The translations under genes and the position numbers were made by a program. Below, piece after piece: positions 8,092 through 15,578 of a DNA stretch of 17,238 nucleotides; the first letter of the stretch is position 1; every line of letters begins with the position of its first letter. The stretch covers positions 1-17,238 of the forward strand of contig CAZUFC010000158.1 in NCBI GenBank assembly GCA_964619725.1, in the 5' to 3' direction. Origin of the DNA: an uncultured bacterium. Its GTDB lineage: Bacteria > CSSED10-310 > CAZUFC01. A model generated the notes under the pieces. It was not told the origin of the DNA, ran no database searches, and worked only from the letters and a program-made list of their open reading frames with translations.

Positions 8092-8229
8092 GGCTTTAAG
8101 GGATTAAAAGGACAAAGGGACAAAAGGACAAAGGGACAAAAGGACCTAAGGGACCTAAGGGACCTAAGGGACCTAAGGGACGAAGGGACATTAAGAGGTT
8201 GTCTTTTTTTGTCCTTTTCGGTCCCTTTT
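8092..8229 (+). repeat. About 12 tandem 8-9 bp units (GGACAAAR, GGACCTAAG) followed by inverted copies
   Basis: ggacaaag/ggacaaaa x4 at 8110-8141 and ggacctaag x4 at 8142-8177. The reverse complement of 8208-8229 reads aaagggaccgaaaaggacaaa. Confidence 0.9.
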
Positions 8230-8399
8230 TGTTTTTTTATTAGATTTCTTGCATTAAACCCTGTTGTTTTTTTTTCGGGTAATGCTTCCATGAATTTTCC
8301 ACAGTAAAAATATGGCGGCGCCCTGGAGCGTCCTCAAGATCGAATTATACTCGCCTGTATCTCTCCCCCCGGGGAGACTCATTTTCTTCACGAAAAAAA

Positions 8400-8429
8400 T
8401 TTGACAAAATAAGACTCAGATATTATAAA
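8400..8429 (+). promoter_or_regulatory. sigma70 promoter of the first hsp20 with an overlapping HAIR-like operator
   Basis: TTGACA(8401)-N17-TATAAA(8424). TTTGACA-N7-ACTCAGA resembles HAIR (CTTGAGT-N7-ACTCAAG). Confidence 0.7.
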
Positions 8430-8524
8430 CATCATTGAGTAAGATTTCTTTTGCCGGCATTTTCGGCAGGGAGAAATAAGGCGATGAAAACAGAGCAAAA
8501 TCAGTTGGAAGGGAGGAAAATAAA

Positions 8525-8974
8525 ATGGCTATTGTAAGATGGAATCCTTTCAGGGAGTTGGAATCGTTTCAGAGAAGGATGAATCGTTTGTTTGAGGATG
8601 AATTCGGTCGCGCTCCGGCCAAAGAGAACGAGCTTTACGCCTGCGACTGGACTCCTTCGGTGGATATATTTGAGGACAAGGAGAATGTGGTGTTGACTGC
8701 GGAGGTGCCCGGATTGTCGAAAGAGGAGATTGACATACAGGTGTCGGACAATCAGTTGACGATCAGGGGTGAGCGGAAGATGGAGCATGAGGAGAGCAAG
8801 GAGGGGTACAGGCGCGTGGAGCGATGTTACGGTACATTTTCACGATCGTTCAATCTTCCGGATACGATAGACCAGGAAAATATTCAGGCGGCTTACGAGG
8901 AAGGCGTATTGAAGGTGACTCTGCCCAAGATGGAAAAGGCTAAACCGCGCCAGATAGACGTTGACGTCAAGTGA
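8525..8974 (+). CDS. Hsp20/alpha-crystallin small heat-shock protein, 149 aa
   Basis: RWNPFRELE...MNRLF, WTPSVDIFE, AEVPGLSKEEI, LTIRGER, ERCYGTFSRSFNLP, YEEGVLKVTLPK, C-terminal IDV (IXI/V). GGAGG RBS. Confidence 0.96.
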   Translation: MAIVRWNPFRELESFQRRMNRLFEDEFGRAPAKENELYACDWTPSVDIFEDKENVVLTAEVPGLSKEEIDIQVSDNQLTIRGERKMEHEESKEGYRRVERCYGTFSRSFNLPDTIDQENIQAAYEEGVLKVTLPKMEKAKPRQIDVDVK

Positions 8975-8997
8975 CGCCTTGTGCGGCGATTTTGCTG

Positions 8998-9037
8998 AAG
9001 GCCGGGAACAGTTCATGTTGCTGTTTTCCGGCCTTTT
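8998..9037 (+). terminator. Putative intrinsic terminator after the first hsp20
   Basis: AAGGCCGGGAACAG...CTGTTTTCCGGCCTT stem followed by T residues. Confidence 0.65.
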
Positions 9038-9090
9038 CGCATATAATTATTTTTTCGACTAAAATTTTTTGAAAAAAATAAATAAATTTA

Positions 9091-9120
9091 CTTGACATAA
9101 AGAGACTCAGGAATTATATT
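9091..9120 (+). promoter_or_regulatory. sigma70 promoter of the second hsp20 with an overlapping HAIR-like operator
   Basis: TTGACA(9092)-N17-TATATT(9115) with an A/T-rich UP region. CTTGACA-N7-ACTCAGG. Confidence 0.75.
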
Positions 9121-9210
9121 GACGAATGGAAGCGATAAGGCGTCCGGCAGGATGCCTGGGAGGGAGCTTCCGGAAATAACAAAAAACTTCAGAATAAAAG
9201 GAGGTACATC

Positions 9211-9669
9211 ATGGCTATCATCAGATGGAATCCCTATAAAGAGCTGAGTGATCTTCAAAGAACGATGAACAATGTTTTCGGCGCCTGGCCGGGATTAATG
9301 AGGCGCGGGGAGAGCGACGAGGAGGGATTGATGGAAGGCGGATGGATGCCGTCAGTGGATATATATGAGGAGAAGGACAAGATCATGGTGACGGCGGAAT
9401 TGCCCGGGATGAAGAAGGAAGAGATAGACGTTCAGATAGGGGACGGGAGGTTGACGATAAAGGGTGAGCGAAAGATGGAGAACGAGGACAAGAAGGACAA
9501 TTATCACAGGGTGGAGCGATTTTACGGAACGTTCACGAGATCGTTTACTTTGCCGGACACGATAGACGAGGAGAATATTTCAGCGAACTACAAGGATGGA
9601 TTATTGAAGTTGACGTTGCCGAAAACGGAGAAGGCGAAGCCGAAGAAGATTGATGTAGCGGTAAGCTGA
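9211..9669 (+). CDS. Hsp20/alpha-crystallin small heat-shock protein, 152 aa (paralogue of 8525-8974)
   Basis: RWNPYKEL, WMPSVDIYE, AELPGMKKEEI, LTIKGER, ERFYGTFTRSFTLP, YKDGLLKLTLPK, IDV. AAGGAGGT RBS. Confidence 0.96.
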   Translation: MAIIRWNPYKELSDLQRTMNNVFGAWPGLMRRGESDEEGLMEGGWMPSVDIYEEKDKIMVTAELPGMKKEEIDVQIGDGRLTIKGERKMENEDKKDNYHRVERFYGTFTRSFTLPDTIDEENISANYKDGLLKLTLPKTEKAKPKKIDVAVS

Positions 9670-9691
9670 TAAAGCGAAGCTGACGAGCAGT

Positions 9692-9720
9692 GAGGGGTCC
9701 TTTGGGGCCCCTTTTTTTTT
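9692..9720 (+). terminator. Intrinsic terminator after the second hsp20
   Basis: AGGGGTCC-TTTG-GGGCCCCT stem followed by a run of about 9 T. Confidence 0.9.
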
Positions 9721-9772
9721 GATGTTTTCCTGGAAGACATCCATCTTCCGGCAGGGTTTCGGCGACAGTATC

Positions 9773-9801
9773 TTGACAATCGGCTTTGACCTTTTTAGAC
9801 T
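9773..9801 (+). promoter_or_regulatory. sigma70 promoter of the four-gene envelope operon
   Basis: TTGACA(9773)-N17-TAGACT(9796), about 75 nt upstream of the ATG at 9876. Confidence 0.65.
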
Positions 9802-9875
9802 TTCCTCAATGTTTCGAGGTTCTCCGCAGATGGAGAGCGTCAAATGGGTGTGAAGAAAAATCAGGAGGAAAGCCA

Positions 9876-11579
9876 ATGGATAAGATTCCGGTCATTTTTT
9901 TAATGTTAGCAGCAGCATTGCTGCCGTTTTCGATGACGTTTTCAGCGGACATTCAGTATATTGAAGGCAAGCCGTTAACGGAAACGGTGAAGGAGAAGGC
10001 AGCGTCATATGATGGAAGAGGAGCGATAGAGTTGCCTTTAATCACGTGGGGAGGGGACGTAGCGACTATTCTAGCAGAGGAGAAGGATTTATTTAAAAGC
10101 GAGGGAGTGGAAGTCGAGCTTATTGTGGAGAACAATTTTCCGAAGCAGGTGAAGGATTGTCTTACCGGCAAGACTCCGTATTTGCGGGGAACGATGGGTA
10201 TGATCAACTCAGCGGCCGAGGTATTCAAGCGTGAGGGATTGGACCTGGTTGTAGTATACCAGTTGACGTGGTCGGTAGGTGGTGACTGCATGGTAGCCAG
10301 GAAGAACAAGACGTTGAAGAACATAAAGGATGTGGCTTTGCAGTTATATGGTCCTCACATGGATTATGCCGCGAATTTATTTCAGACGGCGGGAAGGTTG
10401 GACAAGGTAAAGTTCAAGTGGTTAAGCGAGTTGACGTTGCCCACGAAGGACACGGGGGGTAAGATCATAGACCCTGTGAGCGCTTTTCAGTCTGACGACG
10501 GGCTGGATGCGGTGATGTGCATCATACCGGACGGATTGCTTTTGACTTCGGGCGGCAAGGGAGGCACTGGCGCGGAAGGATCGGTCAAGGGCGCGAACAT
10601 CATATTATCGACGAAAACGGCTGATCGGATAATAGCGGACGTTTATGCGGTGCGTTCCGATTATTTTTCCAAAAACAGGGAAGAGGTCGCCAAAGTTGTA
10701 AGGGGTTTGTTAAAGGGACAGCAGGAGTTGCTGGAGTTAAAGGAAGACAAGACGCAGCAGGCAGAATTTCGGAAGATACTGGCGCGGTCGGCGGATTTGT
10801 TGTTGGGAGCGCCCCAGGCGGTAGGCGACGTAGAGGCTTTATTAGCTGATTGCGAGTATGTGGGGTATGACGGCAACATTCAGTTTTTCGAGGGGAAGGG
10901 AACGACGCGGACGCTGGAAAAGATGACGGAAGAGATACAGGATTCATTCAGATCATTGGGATTATTGTCAGGAACCGTAGCCTTAAAATCGGCGAAATGG
11001 GATTACGATTCTTTAGGGAGCGGTTTAAAGAGGGCATCAGTTCCTTCCAAAACTAAGCCCAAATTCGATCCCCGTAAAGCTCAGGCCAAGGTGGAGAAGG
11101 ACATAACGGTGGAGCCGGAGTCATGGGAAGCAGAGGGCACGTTATTCATGATTGAGATAAATTTTGAGCCGAACCAGAGCGTGTTTTCATCAGAAAAATA
11201 TGCGGACGACTATATGAAGGCGATAGAGATAGCGCAGACGTACGGCGGGGCTCTGATTGTGATCGAGGGTCATTCGGACCCGCTTGGCATATTGAAAGCC
11301 AGGCAGGAGGGCAAACCGACTGCGGAGATATCAGAAATGGAGCAGGCAGCGAAGAATTTATCGTTGCAGAGATCGCAGGCTGTGAGGAAGAGTTTTTTAG
11401 AATATGCTGAGAAGCAGGGATTGCGACTGGACGAATCGCAGTTTGTATCGGTAGGGATGGGGATATCGGCGCCGAAATACAATCCGCCCCGGACGAAGGA
11501 GGAATGGGCGGCAAACCGCCGCGTGGTATTCCGGATAAAACAGGTCGAAGCTGAGATGACCGAATTCGTGCCGCTTTGA
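9876..11579 (+). CDS. Exported NMT1/SsuA-like (type 2 periplasmic) solute-binding protein fused to a C-terminal OmpA-like domain, 567 aa
   Basis: AGGAGG RBS before ATG 9876 and signal peptide MDKIPVIFLMLAAALLPFSMTFSA. ITWGGD...AEEKDLFKSEGVEVEL, TWSVGGDCMVAR, IADVYAVRSDY are NMT1/SsuA-like. INFEPNQS...IVIEGHSD...NLSLQRSQAV...GMG...ANRRVVF is OmpA_C-like. Confidence 0.8.
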   Translation: MDKIPVIFLMLAAALLPFSMTFSADIQYIEGKPLTETVKEKAASYDGRGAIELPLITWGGDVATILAEEKDLFKSEGVEVELIVENNFPKQVKDCLTGKTPYLRGTMGMINSAAEVFKREGLDLVVVYQLTWSVGGDCMVARKNKTLKNIKDVALQLYGPHMDYAANLFQTAGRLDKVKFKWLSELTLPTKDTGGKIIDPVSAFQSDDGLDAVMCIIPDGLLLTSGGKGGTGAEGSVKGANIILSTKTADRIIADVYAVRSDYFSKNREEVAKVVRGLLKGQQELLELKEDKTQQAEFRKILARSADLLLGAPQAVGDVEALLADCEYVGYDGNIQFFEGKGTTRTLEKMTEEIQDSFRSLGLLSGTVALKSAKWDYDSLGSGLKRASVPSKTKPKFDPRKAQAKVEKDITVEPESWEAEGTLFMIEINFEPNQSVFSSEKYADDYMKAIEIAQTYGGALIVIEGHSDPLGILKARQEGKPTAEISEMEQAAKNLSLQRSQAVRKSFLEYAEKQGLRLDESQFVSVGMGISAPKYNPPRTKEEWAANRRVVFRIKQVEAEMTEFVPL

Positions 11580-11598
11580 AACAAGGATATCGTATATC

Positions 11599-12357
11599 AT
11601 GAGAGGCAGAAAAAAATCCATAGATGCGTTCTTTGTTTTTCTCACTGCTTTTGTCTTATTCTGCGGGTGCGCAAGCGAGGTGCAGAAGGCTCGTGCCGTA
11701 CCGACGGAAAAGCCCTTGACCGTGACGGAGAAGATAGAAATATCTCTTGACGATGCGCCTCCGGACAGCGCTCCCCTGCTGACGAGGAACATTTATTTTA
11801 TATTTGACGGCAGCGGTTCGATGGCCAAGGCGCCGGATAAAAATTGCGGAGGGGAAGCCGAATTCGGGAGTAAATTAGAGGGAGCGAAGTGGGCTGTAGC
11901 CGAATTCATGAAAAAAGTGCCTGAAGACATCAATATAGGGTTATATGTCTTCGATGCGCTGGGAAAAAGAGAGACGGTTCCGCTGGGCCCAGGCAATCAC
12001 CGGAAATTCCTGGAAGCGATAAACAATGTAAAGGCATCGGGGAAAACTCCGTTGGCGGCTTCGATAAAGTTCGCCGCGGACAGGCTTGTGGAACAATACA
12101 AAAGGCAGTTGGGATACGGCGAATACCGAATCGTGGCGGTGACGGACGGCATAGCAGAAAACATACCGGAGGCTGCCGCTTATGCGGCGCAAAGGGGAAT
12201 TCCGATATACGCCATAGGTTTGTGCATTAAAGAGGATCATCCATTGAGAAAATGGGCGGTCTCCTATCGCGCTGCGGACAATTTCGAAGACCTGGCCAGG
12301 GGACTGGAGGAAACCCTGGCGGAATCAACCGTATTCGATGCGACTGAATTCAACTGA
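11599..12357 (+). CDS. von Willebrand factor A (vWA) domain lipoprotein, 252 aa
   Basis: Basic N-terminus, hydrophobic stretch and lipobox-like FCGC. Complete MIDAS: IFDGSGSM, GKTPL, VTDG; also IPIYAIG. Confidence 0.88.
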   Translation: MRGRKKSIDAFFVFLTAFVLFCGCASEVQKARAVPTEKPLTVTEKIEISLDDAPPDSAPLLTRNIYFIFDGSGSMAKAPDKNCGGEAEFGSKLEGAKWAVAEFMKKVPEDINIGLYVFDALGKRETVPLGPGNHRKFLEAINNVKASGKTPLAASIKFAADRLVEQYKRQLGYGEYRIVAVTDGIAENIPEAAAYAAQRGIPIYAIGLCIKEDHPLRKWAVSYRAADNFEDLARGLEETLAESTVFDATEFN

Positions 12358-12473
12358 TTCTGGAATGAAAGAGGTTCCATCATTCAGGATCAAGACGAAA
12401 GAATCACGGGAGAGTAAAAAACGCCTGAGGCGTAACGGATCGACAGTATGAAGAAATTTCCGGAGCATATCAG

Positions 12474-14018
12474 ATGAAAAAAACAACACTCGGCGCGATA
12501 TTGCTGCTGTTGCTGGGCATGGGCGTCGTAGCAGCCATATTTTTCCTTAAGCCGATGATCTTCGAGAAAAAAATGAGAGTCACTTCGGATGCAGCGACGG
12601 ATTCATTCACCATAAGGATCGCCGGCGACAATTATCTCGGATATTGGTTCATAACATCGCCTGAAATGAGGAAATTATCGTCGAAAGAGGGAATACAAAT
12701 TGATTTTACGGATGACGGGGGCAATTATTCGGAGCGACTCAAGAAATTCGACAAGGGCGACTATGATTGCGTAGTTCTTCCGGTCAATTCATATCTGGAG
12801 CACGGCAATCCGTATGATTATCCCGGCGTCATTCTGGCATCGATATCCGAATCGAAGGGTGCGGACGGCATAGTCGGTTTCGGAGACAGCCTTCCGACCG
12901 GGAAAATACACGATTTGAACGATTCGAGTCTACGGATCGTATATACGCTGGATTCGCCCAGTTCGTTTCTGCTGGACCTGGTGATAGCTGATTTCGACTT
13001 TTACAACCTGCAGGATAGCGACGAATGGCGGGTTCCTGTTGACGGTTCGCGTGAAGTGTTGAAAAAAGCGAAGAAGAACGAGGGGGACGTATTTGTTTTA
13101 TGGGAAGACGACCTGTCGAAAGCTCTGGAAATACCCGGAATGAATTACCTTTGGGGGTCGGATAAATTTTCCGGGTATATTATTGACGTTTTCGTATTTC
13201 GTCGTGATTTTCTGGAAAAACATGCGGACAGAATACAGGAATTTCTGAAGTTATATTTTCGGACTTTGAAGATTTACGCCAATAATGAAGACCTGATGCT
13301 GAAGGAGATGAGGAAGTCCACCGGTTTAAAGAGGGACGTTCTGGAAAAGATAATGGACAAGATCGAGTGGTTCGACCTGTATCAGAACTGTTCCGATCAA
13401 TTTGGGATCAGGACGGGTCCTGCGGCGCCGGCGAACGACGGGTTGATAAATACCATTATAGCGTGCACGGACGTGTTGATCAGGACCGGAAAATTCGATT
13501 CGGACCCTCTGGCCGGCAATCCCTATCTGATCACCAACAGTTCGGCGCTGGAGCATCTGTCAAAGAATATGAGCCGCACTTTTTCAGGTTCACAGGGGCA
13601 TGATCATGATTTCGATCCTTTAACGGAGGAGGAATGGGACCAGTTAAGAGAGATAGGCGCGATGCGTGTTGAGCCGATCGTATTTCAGAGCTGGGATAAC
13701 CGATTAACGCCGGAAGGAAAAGAAACCGTGGACAAGATAGCCCAGATACTGATCAACAATTATCCGGACTACAGGATTGCCGTACGGGGACATACGGGAC
13801 CGGGCGATGAAAAGGAGAATCTGAAGATATCCCTGGAGCGGGCGCAGGTTGTGGCTCAATATTTGACGGCAGTGCACGGCATAGACCCGGACCGTTTTAA
13901 AACAGAAGGCTGGGCAGACAGGAAAAAACCTCCCAGGAAGCCGGGCGAATCGGAGAGGGCTTATCGTTACAGGTTATCACGCGTGGAATTCGTTTTATTT
14001 GAGGAAGACCGGCTGTAG
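12474..14018 (+). CDS. Membrane-anchored NMT1/SsuA-like solute-binding protein fused to a divergent OmpA-like domain, 514 aa
   Basis: N-terminal TM segment (LGAILLLLLGMGVVAAIFFL). DNYLGY, ISESKGADGIV, SPSSFLL, IIDVFVFRRDFL. C-terminal PIVFQS...IAVRGHTG...NLKISLERAQVVAQYL...GIDPDRF...RVEF. Confidence 0.78.
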   Translation: MKKTTLGAILLLLLGMGVVAAIFFLKPMIFEKKMRVTSDAATDSFTIRIAGDNYLGYWFITSPEMRKLSSKEGIQIDFTDDGGNYSERLKKFDKGDYDCVVLPVNSYLEHGNPYDYPGVILASISESKGADGIVGFGDSLPTGKIHDLNDSSLRIVYTLDSPSSFLLDLVIADFDFYNLQDSDEWRVPVDGSREVLKKAKKNEGDVFVLWEDDLSKALEIPGMNYLWGSDKFSGYIIDVFVFRRDFLEKHADRIQEFLKLYFRTLKIYANNEDLMLKEMRKSTGLKRDVLEKIMDKIEWFDLYQNCSDQFGIRTGPAAPANDGLINTIIACTDVLIRTGKFDSDPLAGNPYLITNSSALEHLSKNMSRTFSGSQGHDHDFDPLTEEEWDQLREIGAMRVEPIVFQSWDNRLTPEGKETVDKIAQILINNYPDYRIAVRGHTGPGDEKENLKISLERAQVVAQYLTAVHGIDPDRFKTEGWADRKKPPRKPGESERAYRYRLSRVEFVLFEEDRL

Positions 14019-14035
14019 ATTACCGGGGACGACAG

Positions 14036-14986
14036 GTGGGAAAAAAAACGAAAAAGCGACATATTCCCACTGCCGAGGATTTTACCGATAAAGCGGTGCG
14101 GAAAGCCGTATTGAAAGAAACGCTTCAGCATCCTTTAACGGTCTTTCCGCTGGCCGCGTCTCTGGTAAGTCTGTTCTATATGAGTCTTATCAATCCGGAC
14201 CCTTTAGCTTTTTTAGCAGGAGTAGGCAGCGGCGCTGTCAGCATAGGGGCCTGGATCGTTAATTATTTTTTCAGGGGTGAAAAGTATGCGGAAAAATACA
14301 TCAATGAAATGAGAAGCCGCCGGGAATATTACAAGGAGCATCAGTTGTCCCGATTGCTGGAGGATTGTAAAAAGCAAAAATTCAGAAGGGGCGAACAGGC
14401 GTTTATAGAGTTGAACGAAGCGTATGAAACGTTATGCCGGTTTCTGAACGATCATCTGCAAAAGGGCGACATGAGCGCTCAGAGGTTTCTTGTATTGGCT
14501 GAAGATGCTTTTCAGAAAGGCATAGGCATAATAAAAGAGTCTCTCAATACGTTTATGGCTTTAAAAGCCGTCAATCAGGAGAAGTTGAACCACGAAGTAA
14601 AGAACTGGCGGAGGGAGCTGGAAGAGCTGGAAAACAGGGTTCTGCAGACGCAGACGGAATCCGTCCGGTATGACACGCATGCCGCGTCACTTTCGCGAAA
14701 AATAAAAAGTCATCAGAAACGTCTGGAATTGTATCGGCAGATGAAAGTGAAGCTGGAAGAACTGCTTGCTGAATGTGAACAGTTGGAAGGTTCGTTGGAA
14801 TCGGCTTATCTACAGGTCGTCGAAATGGTTGGACGTCCGCCGGAGACCATGTTCAAAGGACGGGCAGCGACAGACCTGGAAAGGGCCGTTTCAGCAGCGA
14901 AAAGAGTGGAGGATCGTCTCCGCAGCAAAGATGCCGCCTATGATGATAATGATGAGGAGTATCTTGAGTCCGGTGCAGAATTTTGA
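14036..14986 (+). CDS. Hypothetical membrane protein: N-terminal TM hairpin plus long helical/coiled-coil region, 316 aa
   Basis: GTG start 17 nt after the previous stop. Two hydrophobic segments (HPLTVFPLAASLVSLFYM; LAFLAGVGSGAVSIGAWIVNYFF), then a heptad-like E/K/R/L-rich sequence and an acidic tail. Confidence 0.8.
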   Translation: MGKKTKKRHIPTAEDFTDKAVRKAVLKETLQHPLTVFPLAASLVSLFYMSLINPDPLAFLAGVGSGAVSIGAWIVNYFFRGEKYAEKYINEMRSRREYYKEHQLSRLLEDCKKQKFRRGEQAFIELNEAYETLCRFLNDHLQKGDMSAQRFLVLAEDAFQKGIGIIKESLNTFMALKAVNQEKLNHEVKNWRRELEELENRVLQTQTESVRYDTHAASLSRKIKSHQKRLELYRQMKVKLEELLAECEQLEGSLESAYLQVVEMVGRPPETMFKGRAATDLERAVSAAKRVEDRLRSKDAAYDDNDEEYLESGAEF

Positions 14987-14995
14987 ACCTCCATC

Positions 14996-15027
14996 AGCGG
15001 ACCGGGTTCTTCCGTCGGTCTGTTTTT
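14996..15027 (+). terminator. Putative intrinsic terminator closing the four-gene operon
   Basis: AGCGGACCG pairs with CGGTCTGTT (two G-U pairs), followed by TTTGATTT, 10 nt after the stop at 14986. Confidence 0.55.
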
Positions 15028-15054
15028 GATTTATTTAAGGGCAGAGGGTTGGAA

Positions 15055-15510
15055 ATGAAGTTATTCAAGAAGCGTCTGGATTTCTGGGAGCATAAATCGC
15101 TGTTTGAGATGACGCCTGAGGAATGGGAGATGATCTGCGACGGTTGCGGCCGTTGTTGTTTATATAAGCTGGAGGATGCGGAGACCGGGCATATTTTATA
15201 TACATCTGTTGCCTGCGAACTGCTGGATATTTATAACTGCCGTTGCAGGGATTATCGCAACCGTAAGGAAGCGAAGGATATATGCATAGTATTGACGCCC
15301 GCAAATATCAAGGATCACAGACATTTACCGAAAACCTGCGCCTACCGCCGGCTTCTGGAAGGTAAAGGTTTGCCGAACTGGCATCCCCTGGTTTCCGGCG
15401 ATCCGAAGTCCGTCCATGCTGCAGGCGTATCCCTCCGCCGCCGGGCTATTTCCGAGACCGAAGTCGATTTGTCGGAGATTGAGCGATACATTATTGACCT
15501 GGATTTTTAA
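15055..15510 (+). CDS. ycgN: YcgN family (UPF0260) cysteine-cluster protein, 151 aa
   Basis: FWEHKSLFEMTPEEWEMICDGCGRCCLYKLED...YTSVACELLD...C.C..Y..R...CIVLT...LPKTCAYRRL.EGK.LP.WHPLVSGD..SVH.AGVS. Start moved to ATG 15055. Confidence 0.92.
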   Translation: MKLFKKRLDFWEHKSLFEMTPEEWEMICDGCGRCCLYKLEDAETGHILYTSVACELLDIYNCRCRDYRNRKEAKDICIVLTPANIKDHRHLPKTCAYRRLLEGKGLPNWHPLVSGDPKSVHAAGVSLRRRAISETEVDLSEIERYIIDLDF

Positions 15511-15578
15511 ATTACCATTTGTAAAGGACAACGCCGATTTTTGAGGAAATAATTTGTAATCTGATTTTAATCAGCCCC

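Noticed and set aside
8092-8195. CRISPR array
   Set aside because: Units are 8-9 bp and contiguous, with no unique spacers and no cas genes.
8083-8307. ORFs 8083-8307 (+) and 8088-8291 (-)
   Set aside because: Translations of the tandem repeat (DLRDLR, SLRSLR) with no RBS or protein-like content.
8380-9210. CIRCE (HrcA) operators or ROSE thermometers at the hsp20 genes
   Set aside because: No TTAGCACTC-N9-GAGTGCTAA, and no UYGCU anti-SD pairing seen.
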